Below are positions 34,897 through 45,470 of a stretch of 64,000 bases of DNA, piece after piece. Within the stretch, counting starts at the first letter, position 1. Each line of letters opens with the position of its first letter. Made by a program: the position numbers and the translations under genes. The stretch lies in contig CM030337.1 in assembly GCA_017654855.1 (NCBI GenBank), positions 2,480,001-2,544,000 of the forward strand. Direction: 5' to 3'. The notes beneath the pieces are model-generated. The model was not told the DNA's origin and ran no database searches. It saw only the letters and a list, made by a program, of their open reading frames with translations. Origin of the DNA: Podospora anserina. Its lineage: Eukaryota.

Positions 34897-37207
34897 GGTG
34901 ATGGTTGGTTGTTTGTGGTGGTGGTGGTGATGTTTACACACAAAAAGGGACTGATATGTACAGTTGAAAGAGAAGGGAGGCCCGGCCTAAGGATGTAAAA
35001 ATGATCGTGTACCAAAAGAGCGTCTTGGAGCCAAGTTCACAGAACTAAAGCTAACAAAAAAGAGAGGACGAAGTCGGGATGAGCGTGAGGAGAGAGGTGG
35101 AAAGGAAACGGTGACATTGTGAAGGGTGGTGGTATCTTATATACGGAGTATGGGCATATGCCACTTGGCTATGCCAGAGGCAGGAAGATCGGGAGGATGT
35201 GCCGCCAGACGGGGGGAGCATGGATCCTGGGATTCTCTTTCTCCTCCTTGCCAACGGTGAGCAAGGCCTATACCGATTGTCAGGACGAAGCTAGAGACTA
35301 TGACTAGCAAGGTGGCCCTTGTCGATACACCAGCTACAGGGTGCTGTGAGCCGCTGGCGTAGAAGGGCGCCACCGGTTGCGATGTGTTCCGGAACAAGAC
35401 GAACACCGTGAGCCGCGTGGGCGCTTGTGGTTGTGGGGCTTGACCATAACCCAGCTTCCCGCTCAGGAGGTGTGGCAGACCCATGCTTATTGTAAGTGCG
35501 TTGGTGAGAGTCCGGATTTCCCGTTTGGACTGACGACTGCCTGCTTTGACCCCTTGGCGATGCCTGGGCAGCTTGAGATTCTTCTTCCTGTCATGATTAC
35601 AACTGTTCGGAGGTAAGGATTGCGGTGGACCTGTACAAGATGACAAGGTCGCATGGCAGGGCGAAGAATGGCCGTTCTTGGTGTTGGCAACCGAGAGAGG
35701 CTCCAGTGGGCTCACCGTAGCAATTTCCTTGTGATGTCACATTGGATTCCTCTCTGAAGTCCATGATCAGATCAGACGGAACATGGGACGTCGCCTGTCT
35801 CACCTTGGTGGATGCATGGACAGAGCCGCATGCAGGGGGACGCTGAAGGTACGTAGCGCCCCGCTCGAAACGATGAACGGTGGCTCGCGAGTTGGCGGCG
35901 TCATCCCCGCTAACACCGTTCCACCCAATTTCTGTTGCCAAGTGTTAGTGACGGTCCATCGGAGATTTCCTCAGACACCACAGAAACATGTCGACATTCC
36001 CCTTGAAATCCCCAACCACGGCGCCGACCCAACGTGTACGCGAGCAAATCTTTCCTGCCGTTTTCGTGATCACCACTGTCATCCAGCCACAGGAAAAAGA
36101 GACAACCCTCTCCGGGTTTCTTGGAAAAGGTCAACATCAGACGAAAACGAGATGAGCTTGCGAGCCGTCAGATAATGGCATTCGCCCGTCTTCGCTTGGC
36201 TGAAGAGATGGGATTTCGACATGGTATTTGCCGCCCTCTGATACAGCATGTGATGAACCTTCGATTTCGAGCATGCTCCCATCTATCACAATCGATCAGA
36301 TCTCATTCGGCCTGTCGTCCGAACAATTATAACGCCTCTTCCGCTGTGGCTGTCTATCACTCACCTATCATGCATCTCATCCCTCTTTCCCACCATTTAC
36401 TACGCAACATCCTCTCCTGCTCAACATTCCCCATCCCATCCCATCCCATCCCATCCCAACCCCCACGCATCACCCCCCCCTCCCTCCCCAGAAACAACAA
36501 CGTCACCATCACCAAGGCATAAACCCTCCAACCGGCACATCCATTCCCCGAATCATCAAAATGACACTCAACCTCTCGACCTCCAAGCGCCTGCATGAAC
36601 CGTTTTAGGGGCTTCGTTTCCAAAAGAATTGCCCCTAAGCAAATACATGCCGGGTAGGTCAAGCTTCAGTAACGTCAACCGGTACTTGTATGATCGGCGC
36701 CCTATTGAGGTGACAGTACCACTCTTTATCAAAGAAAGGGGGTCATATGATCAAGGCATATACGCCTGGGCAGCAGGGGTGCAGGTTCATGATCGTTGAC
36801 GCATCAAACACTGTGACCATCCATCACCGGTGCTCGAACGTACAAGTACTATACGAGTACGCGTGCCAGCTCCCAGAGGGTCGCTATTTGCTATCGAGAC
36901 TGACAGTGCTCGACCATTAAGCACCTACCACTGTTTCTCGCCTTCGATCGGCATGCCCCATTCTTGGAAGCTTGGCCCAAAGCTTCTTGTGCAACAGACC
37001 CGAGGGCAAGGACCAAAGGAAGTCACTCTCGATCCATCATTGCCTTGTGGACTTGATCTCTTCCAAGCTGTATACCTATCCACGCCAGGTCAGGTCACTC
37101 GAGGTGAACCGAAACGCTCCGGAAATATATATACGCTTGCCCATCACGCGGTGTAACTGGAGCTCTCTGGAGCAGTAGCAATCTTGCCCAGCTTACCAAC
37201 CCCCAGC

Positions 37208-38395
37208 TTAGAACATCTCCCACAGCGGCGGTGGCAAAACAGGCAAATGCTGCTCCTTCACGGCCACCTTCCTCTGCTGCTGCTTCTTCACCCCCACAAA
37301 AATGACCTTCTTCCCCTTGCTACCCTGCCCCTGGATGAGAACACTCTTAGAGTCCAAGCCATAGTAATCAGAGATGGAGTGCGTCAACCACCGTCTAAAT
37401 GCGCGCTCATTAGTACCCTCATATCACACACACAGTCACTGGGCAGGAGAAACATACTTAAACGCACCCCCAACCTCATCATCCCCCGCCGTATCAAGCA
37501 CCATCCCCCTCTCCTGCTCCCCACCAACCCGCCTCGTAGCACTCTTGATCTCGGTCTCCACTGGCGGCTTCCCCTCCCTCACTTTATCCCCCCTCCTCCC
37601 CACAAACACAATCTCCTCATCCTCCGGATCCGTCTCCTCACTCTCCATCGCCTCCTCCTCCTCCCGCGTCTCCTGCTCCTCCACCGTCACCGCCAGCCCC
37701 CTCTCAACAACAAACCTCCTAACCGGCTCCTCCAACACCCTCAACCATCTCCCCACCGCCGGCGTCCTCTTCGCCGTAGCCCGAAAGTTCTGGGGTATAT
37801 ACCCCAGCCCCCCCGGGCCCGGTTTAGTTTCCTGCCTAGGATGCTTCCTCCGCTCCACAACCTCCCTCAACCCCCGTTCCCAGTACCCCGCAAGTTGGTA
37901 CGGCACCGTGGGCAAGACAGGATACGTAGGCTGAATCTGGTAATCACTCGGCAGAGGCGGCTGCGCGTTGGGGACCCCCAAAAGGTGATCGTTCTCCCAC
38001 CTCCTCCTCTGTCTCGACCCAGGGTTTCCCTTGATCAACGCCTCCCGTTTCTTCATCGAGTCCCTTCTTGACGGGGGGCGGCGAGGAGGGGTGATTGTTT
38101 GCCCTGCTGCACCCGCAGCGGGGTCAAACCTCAGCTTGAGAGCCGCGGCAGGGGGATCATGGCTATCAATCGGGATAGCGAGCGAGTTCGAGGTCCCGCG
38201 CGCGACTTGGGGGGTGATGTTCAGGGACTCGAGCGCCGAGACGGTCCAAGCTTCGATGTCGACCGTGGCTGTTGAGGCGGAGGAGAGGGTGTGCTGATGC
38301 AGGGGGGCGGATGGGGGGTGCTGCTGTTGAGGGTGGCTGTCGGAGTGTCCGCCGTCCTCGGAGGGGGCGGAGGGGGGGTGCTGGGTGATTGCCAT
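37208..38395 (-). CDS. R3H-associated N-terminal domain / R3H nucleic-acid-binding protein; intron 37457-37395
   Basis: RRDSMKKREALIKGNPGSRQRRRWEND; spliced C-terminus FKRWLTHSISDYYGLDSKSV (RxxxH); ends PPLWEMF-TAA. Confidence 0.85.
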
Positions 38396-39167
38396 TGTTT
38401 TCGTATTGTCAATCAATACCAACTTGTAGATATCGCGCACGCGCGCAAAAGCCGGAAAATCCTCGCGAAGAGGTTGTGCGAAGAAGGGTGACGGCGAAAG
38501 CGCGTAAAGTGGCCGTTGAACTTCCCCGGCAAGATGCCAAGAACGGGCCTTATCTCTCGGTGATAAGAACCGCGGGGCAGCTGGAATAGAGGTCCGGATA
38601 GGAAAAGAAAAGAGTTCAGGAAAAGGAAAAGGAGAGGAGAAAGGTTGAAAAGTAAATAAAAGAAATCCTCCCCAGTCCCAGAAGCGGTGAAACAATGCTT
38701 AGGAAAGATGGATGATGAAAGAGGGGGAGGGGATCATGACTGGCAGTGACACATTGACCATTGTCGGGGGTGAGCAGCCAATCGGAAGCGGAGCGCAAGG
38801 GCATGCGGAGCTCGGCGAGTGACTCCAATTCATCATCGACGACCACATGTCTCAAAGGCACGCCCTTATTGATGATGGGTCTTCGATGTCTGAGGAGGGC
38901 CCGGGGAACAGTCGATAGGCTCTGTCTGACAAGTTTTCCAATGCCCACCCTTCTCAAGTCCAGGAAACATGACTCTTCCCCTCAAGCAGAGCGTTTTGAA
39001 CTCGAAACATTGGGGACGATAGTGAGCAGCACAAAAATAAACAGCACAGAGTAACAAAATGGTATTACCTCCAACTCCACCTCCCCCAAAGACAATCCTC
39101 TATCCTACCCGCTTTTGTTGCCATAGTCCATCCATCCATTCACCTTCACCAAACATTACTACACCCC

Positions 39168-40679
39168 TCACGACCACCGATTCTGCCCCAACCCATTCAA
39201 ACTACTCCTCAACTCCCTCAGCTCCGCCCTCCCATTCCTAACCTCATAAACCTTCACCCCTCCCCTTTCCCCTTCCTTTTCCCCTCTCCCCATCTCCCCC
39301 TCCTCAATATCCCCCAGCCTCTCCATCCCCCTCCTATCCCTGTCCCCCACCATACTCAAAACACTATTCCTCACACTATTCCTCCTTTCCCCAGTATTTA
39401 CTTCACTAAAATTCCCCATCCTCCTCCCGCTACTACCCACAGTAGAACTCCTACTCACATTACTATTCCCTATCCCCACCGGCAAAGGCGGAACCCTCGG
39501 CACTGGACTGGAAGACCACCGACTGGGCAACCAAGCGGTAAACAACCCTGATATTGGTGACGGTCTAGAAATGTCCCTTCTCGGCTCGGTCGGGGACGAA
39601 GAAGGGGATGATTGCCTTCGGCGTTTGAGCATGATAAAGGATATCACTATCAGTGCTATGGCAGCTACTGACCCGACGACGGGCGCGGCGATCCAGGCGT
39701 TGCTTGAGGGGGGGTCTATGGAGGGGTCGTTGGCGCCGCCGGAGAAGGTGTCGGGGAACTGATCTGGCGAGGCGGAGGGGGTAGGGAATGGGAAGGCCGG
39801 CGGCGGAGCGAGGGTTTCAGTGGTTGAGCTGATATCAGGGACCGCAGTAGTGGCTTCGTCTGGTAAAGCCGTTGTGGTGGCGGCGGGTGGGAGCTCAATA
39901 GAGGATGGGGTTATGGATGGGTTCGCGGGAGGAGTGAAGAAGACCACCCCATTGCCGTTCGCCGCTCCCCCCGGTGGCACCGGAATAGTCGACACCCCCG
40001 GCCCGGGCGGGGGCTGATTCGGGTCAGCCGCCGCCAACACACGCGCCGAATCCGTCCTCCGGTCCGCGGCTAAATCTCCCGGGTCGGCGACGCCGGTCTT
40101 GAGATAGCAGTTCTTGAACCCAAGGTTCAAGGTCGGATCGTAGCTCACGGCTGCGCACCCTGATGTAGCAGCACACTGTCCCAAGCAATCCTGGAATGTC
40201 GGTGCGAAGTTCTGGCTCATGTCACTCCCAGCAATAATGAACCCGCACATGACCTGGAAGTTTGTCCCCAGTGCCACCTGGGTGCCGGGTAATGCAGGGC
40301 AGTTGGACGAGGCTTCGGGGAAGGAGGCGATTCCGGAGTCGACACCACGCACGAACTGCCTCGGGTCGACCGGTGCGAGGCGGGTCTTTAAGAAGCATCT
40401 TGTCCCGTCGTACGACGCCCCATCGCAGCGAGGGTGGAAAGAGGAGCAGAGATCCATGCACGCCGTCAAGTCGAACGCGTCCAACCTCTCCACAACATCC
40501 CCGTCGAGGTTGGTGTTGCAAAACAGGGTAAAGTCCTGAACGCTCCCTATCGTCGTCCCATTCCCGCTCGCCCGAGTGCAGGGGTTATTCTGTCGTCGGT
40601 TCATCCTCGCTCGATCCAGTATTTTCGTACGTTGTAGACTGTGTGAAGGTGACATTGTGATATGTGTGTGATCAATCAT
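39168..40679 (-). CDS. Single-pass membrane protein with two PAN/apple domains and a P/T-rich stalk (start uncertain)
   Basis: Two Cys patterns (CMDLC...CDGASY...CFLK; FQDCLGQC...CAAVSY...CYLK); TM AWIAAPVVGSVAAIALIVISFIML followed by KRRR. Confidence 0.8.
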   Translation of the reverse strand: MIDHTHITMSPSHSLQRTKILDRARMNRRQNNPCTRASGNGTTIGSVQDFTLFCNTNLDGDVVERLDAFDLTACMDLCSSFHPRCDGASYDGTRCFLKTRLAPVDPRQFVRGVDSGIASFPEASSNCPALPGTQVALGTNFQVMCGFIIAGSDMSQNFAPTFQDCLGQCAATSGCAAVSYDPTLNLGFKNCYLKTGVADPGDLAADRRTDSARVLAAADPNQPPPGPGVSTIPVPPGGAANGNGVVFFTPPANPSITPSSIELPPAATTTALPDEATTAVPDISSTTETLAPPPAFPFPTPSASPDQFPDTFSGGANDPSIDPPSSNAWIAAPVVGSVAAIALIVISFIMLKRRRQSSPSSSPTEPRRDISRPSPISGLFTAWLPSRWSSSPVPRVPPLPVGIGNSNVSRSSTVGSSGRRMGNFSEVNTGERRNSVRNSVLSMVGDRDRRGMERLGDIEEGEMGRGEKEGERGGVKVYEVRNGRAELRELRSSLNGLGQNRWS

Positions 40680-42197
40680 CCAACCCAGTTGGAATGTATG
40701 TGATGACAAGTGTGATGGGAGATCAGTGTTCGAGGAAAAGTGTCAGGATAATTCGTCATCCAGACAAGCAATAAACATTATGATGAGACGTCCACCATCC
40801 TCAACACACTTTGGCAAGACCAAGAAGAAAAAGAGAAGGGGGAATCGAGCACACCACGAACCCCAAAAAACCTGCCCAACACCCTTTATACCAACCAACC
40901 TCGCGGAACATCGCCAGTCAGTCCCCCAAACCCGTCGCAGACAAAGCATATCGCATATGCCAGACCTGATCGACCTCACATCAACCCAATGCCGGACAGT
41001 GCTTCACCCACCACGACCACCACAGCTCCAGCCCATCCGGTCTGTGGCTGCTTGTGGCGGGTAAACTACCACATGAGACGGCACTCTTGAAGGATGTCCC
41101 AACAGCCTTGTTCCATGTAAGCAGATCATCCCCCTCAACCCGTGCCCCTTCCGGTTCGCCAAACACCCACACCACCGGAACAATCCCCCCAAGAGCCCCA
41201 AGCCTTATTTCTCTACCCGCTGCCCCAATCCCTCAGGATAAATACCTCTTCAAGTTTGATGTTTTGTCGCGGCCATCGATCAGAACAGACAGCCATTTTG
41301 CCGCCTGCTTCGGAGCCAAATGTTAACCAAAAAAGGGGTGGTCAGCCCCCGGGTCATCACCATTGAAGGCAATGCACAAAAGAGAAAACCAGCCCTCCAT
41401 CCCTCCCAGATCCAATCTGCAGGGACCCGCGATCTATCCCAGATGTGTCCTCGCCCGTCAAGCCACTGGCGTTTGGGTTCCATGCCCGTGCGCGCGCGCG
41501 GGGTTGCATCAGATCGCATTGTCAAGCATATCGCGCTCAGATGCCAATCCATCCTCAGACAACAGGCCTTCCCCAGAAAACCCCCCCCATCAGACGGGGC
41601 GTGCAAAGATCTGGGGAGGAGGAGGAGGGTCGCTTAGCATCTTGCAGATTCTCGGGGTGGGCGATTGTCGAAACAACACGATCCGTTCAATATCACTCAT
41701 GGTCGGCGACGCCGTCGCTGTCAGTCAAGCAGTCAGTGCTGCTGCAGGGGAAAAAGAATTGGCGTAAAAATAGTCGTGTTCGTATTGATCAACCATCGTA
41801 CCGTACCTACACATCATGTAGCATGATCCCCAAATCTGCGATTGCTCGTAAAAGTCGAAAGTAAAAGTCGAAAGATAAGAGTCGCTCAAGCAACCGACCA
41901 CATGCTTACATGCACCCTAACCCTAACCTAACCATCCGTCATCCTCCCCAAAACACAGAACCACTCTAGAAGCGCTCCTCTTCCCTTTAAAGCCAAACGC
42001 CATATATTTCAGACTCGATAACCCTACCTGCCAAAAAAATGGGCTCAAGCCGCCTTCATAACGCCGCGTCCCAATGTAATGCAAGTCGTTTAGATACCGG
42101 ACAGAGTCGTCCTCTGTTCCTAACTGGTCAAGAAATGAAATATGAACCTAACAATGCTTAACCGCCCTCAATACGGAATATCAGACTTTCCGTTATC

Positions 42198-43331
42198 CTA
42201 TCCACGGTTGGTGTCAAAATTCCTGTGAGGGTCGCCAATACCGCCGGGCTTGAGCAGCGGTGTGGTCTCCGCTGCTGCGTCGCTATCCTGACGATCCAAG
42301 ATGGTCTGGAGATGGTCTGGGGAGTTGGCGTAGTGTTCGGGGTGAGAGGTGTACCGGCCGGGAGTATCATCATCAAAGCCATTAGCGTGAAGATGTGATG
42401 GCGGCAGGCTGTCAATGGTTGAACTGACGAGGCCGTTGCGGGATTGGATCTCGTAGTAGATGGCGAGGTACAGCAGCAGCCCTTGCATGGTGGCCGTCAG
42501 GACGAAAATGCCCCACGAACTCCAACCAGCCAAGCCAAGGCGCGCAAACAAGCTGGCCGCAAAGAGGAAGCCACCGGGCGTCTGGATGCACATCATGGGA
42601 ATGCTGAGACTGCCCACATGCTTAAGATGGTAAGTCGTCCAGATTTGCGGAACGTATTGCACTGCCGCCAAAAGAGCAGCCATGACGCCCAGTACGTTGG
42701 CCCAAATTTCCAGGTGGTCCTTGGCAAGCGTCGACAGAATGCCCGTAACGAGAATGACAGCGAGGCCGTGGAGCAGGGTCAACGAGGCTACCAACAGAGC
42801 TGTCTGCCACCTCGGCTGGTCCTCCTCTTCACCCAGCTCTTCGTTATCGGGGTCGTGGGCGGGATTATATCGGAAGAAGACGAGGAACAAGACGAAGCTA
42901 TGGGTTTGTTAACAACGGATCCCACCATGCCCAGCAAATAAAGACTTACATGAAGGTGAAGCAAATCCACTGCACACCTAGTTGCGCAATCCCAAGCAGT
43001 CCAGCAACACAGTGCAATGTCTCGAGCTCCTTGCAGCAGGCGACGTCTTGTCTCGATTGGGGAAGCAGCAAGATGTTGGCAAAAGCCGATGTCGCCGAGG
43101 TTGTACCGAGCAGGATAAAGTACGGGGAGATGCCCTCGGAGGTGCCGCGCGAGATGATTCGGAAGTGCTGGGGTAGGTAGCTGATGAGCATGCCAACCAC
43201 GATGACGCTGCGGGACTGTCAGTACAGGAAGAAGGCATGAGAGAAGATCAGGCCCACCTCGAAACGATGAGGTTCACAACGTTAAGGTCGCGAAGTTTCT
43301 CGCAGCGGTCTGCACTGAATAGTGACTCCAT
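42198..43331 (-). CDS. PQ-loop repeat membrane transporter; introns 43257-43208, 42949-42898
   Basis: SYLPQHFRIISRGTSEGISPYFILLG and QYVPQIWTTYHLKHVGSLSIPM; ETTPLL dileucine-like vacuolar sorting motif. Confidence 0.92.
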
Positions 43332-43907
43332 CTTGAATACCTTGATGGGTTTGGTGATGGCTGATAACGGTGGAGACGCTTTTGTTGCGGGGAGTTCTCG
43401 GGAGATGCTGGCACCAGGGCTCCTGCTCGACGTTGGTTCTGTCCCACACAGAGTCTCTCTCGTATGACACTGCGTCTCAATCGTCTGGTAACTTTGGTGA
43501 GGAGCAGCCGCGACTCTCGAGGCTGATGTCGCGACTGGATGTTTGGTGAGCTGGAGAAGGCGTCAGGCGGACAGCTCATGCATGGTTGCGTAGCTTTCCC
43601 CCTGCAGTTGCCTGCCGGGTGCTGGTTTCAAGGGCGCCCGCCGCCATTGTAGGGGAGGAAATGTGGGGCAACGACGCCCTAGACCTTCAAGGTTCTCGCT
43701 ATTAGCGCTTTCCATTGATCAAGGTACTTTATCAGCAAATTCATGTGAGAAGATACTTGGCAAAGCGGTCTACACTATTTGCAGCTTGACTTCAACTCTC
43801 ACCTCATCGCGACTATCATCGAGCTCAATATTAAGACGATTTCCCTCAGACTCTCTCTCATTCAACATTGACTCGAAAAAATACAAAATACAGAGAGAGT
43901 ATCCAAG

Positions 43908-45323
43908 ATGTCGACAGAACCCAACAAAAATTCCCCGACTCACAAACTACCCACCCATTTATTAAGAGAACCTACTCCCGAAATTCAACCACCAACCATG
44001 AACAAACCCTCCCTCAACCTCCTGACTTCAACCACCTGCCCAACTACCTCCCTCCCAAAATCCCCCGACCCCCGCAACCGCGACACCCCCTTCTTCAAAT
44101 CAGCCCAATGGACAGCAGACGGCACAACCCTCCTAACCCTCACCTCCCACCCCTCCATCCAAACCTACGTCCTCCCCTCCACCCTCCTCACCCCCCCTCA
44201 CCCCCCCCTCACCCCAACATCAACCCTCCCCCTCCCAGAACCAACCTCAACCTTCTCCCCCTCTCCCTACTTCTCCCTTTCCCACCCCTCAACTCAATAC
44301 CTCCTCACCGCCACCACCGACCACCCCATCCACCTAACCCCCATCTTCTCCCCTGCTTCCCCCCCGTTCGCCTCCTTCTTTTTGATAAAACCAGAAACAG
44401 AATCCTACCTCCCCATCACCTCCCTCGTCTGGCCCTCCCCAGGTACTCACTTCATAACCGGAACAACCAACCTCCTCGCCTTATTCGACATCTCCCGCCC
44501 TGATTCCCTGTGCTCTACCCCCCTCTTGAGAATCCCTACCATCCCCTCCACTCGTCACATCAGCAAGGGAAATGGTATAGGAATGCGAGGGACCGTTTCC
44601 GCGTTGGGGCTTCAGCCGACAGGTGCTGGGGAGGGGATACTAGCTGCGGGAACTTGGACAAGGTGGGTGGGGTTGTACGACATCTACCGCTCCGGCAGCG
44701 TCATCGCCAACTTCAGCGTTAAACCCTCCGCTGATCACGAAGCGGGGATTAAAGGCAAGGGAGTAGTCCAAACAATCTGGAGTCCGTGTGGGCGGTACTT
44801 GGTTGTGAATGAAAGAGGGAGTGAAGGGTTGCTGGTTTATGATGTGAGGGGGACGCATAAGCTGCTAGGGTGGTTATCCGGCAGAGATGGGACGACAAAT
44901 CAGCGACTCGGCGTCGACGTCTTTCCCGATCAAAACGGCAACGGGTTTGAGGTTTGGGCTGGGACGAAGAACGGGACGGTGGTCATGTATGAAGGGGTTG
45001 GGATGAACGAAGGGGAAACGAAGCCGACTTGGGAGTGGGGGGTGAATGATGGGGAAAGTGCGGTTGGTGCGACGGCTATGCATTCGAGTGGGAGTGTGCT
45101 GGCTACTTGCTCGGGGAGTTGGAAGGTGGCGGATGATGATAGCAGTGATGAGGGTAGCAGCGATGATAGCGACAGCGACAGTGAGGATGACTCGTCATCC
45201 GGGAAAAAGCCAGCTTTTGTCGTCGAGGAAACAAGCCTCAAGGTCTGGAGTATTGATGCCAGCAATGGTGCGGCAGCGCAAGAATTTGAGCCACTAGAGG
45301 GAGATGTGGAAGAGAAAGAATGA
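43908..45323 (+). CDS. WD40 protein, TCAB1/WRAP53/Swt21-like
   Basis: FFKSAQWTADGT, DHPIHL, WSPCGRYL, TTNQRLGVDV motifs typical of the WDR79 family; start at 43908 or 43998. Confidence 0.8.
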   Translation: MSTEPNKNSPTHKLPTHLLREPTPEIQPPTMNKPSLNLLTSTTCPTTSLPKSPDPRNRDTPFFKSAQWTADGTTLLTLTSHPSIQTYVLPSTLLTPPHPPLTPTSTLPLPEPTSTFSPSPYFSLSHPSTQYLLTATTDHPIHLTPIFSPASPPFASFFLIKPETESYLPITSLVWPSPGTHFITGTTNLLALFDISRPDSLCSTPLLRIPTIPSTRHISKGNGIGMRGTVSALGLQPTGAGEGILAAGTWTRWVGLYDIYRSGSVIANFSVKPSADHEAGIKGKGVVQTIWSPCGRYLVVNERGSEGLLVYDVRGTHKLLGWLSGRDGTTNQRLGVDVFPDQNGNGFEVWAGTKNGTVVMYEGVGMNEGETKPTWEWGVNDGESAVGATAMHSSGSVLATCSGSWKVADDDSSDEGSSDDSDSDSEDDSSSGKKPAFVVEETSLKVWSIDASNGAAAQEFEPLEGDVEEKE

Positions 45324-45470
45324 AGTTTGGTATTTGAGCAAAGCATTTGAGCAAATATCGCAAGGGGTCAACACTGCCCATAGCTACCTGGTATCGAGCA
45401 AACGATTTTCAGAGAAAAAGCCGGCAAAAGATCCGAGTACATCATCCGACATCGATCGCCTCCCGCCATC

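Noticed and set aside
33658-34998. 446-aa plus-strand ORF
   Set aside because: Antisense shadow of the secreted protein gene.
41914-41933. CCCTAA telomere-like repeat
   Set aside because: Only two perfect units; too short to call an interstitial telomere.
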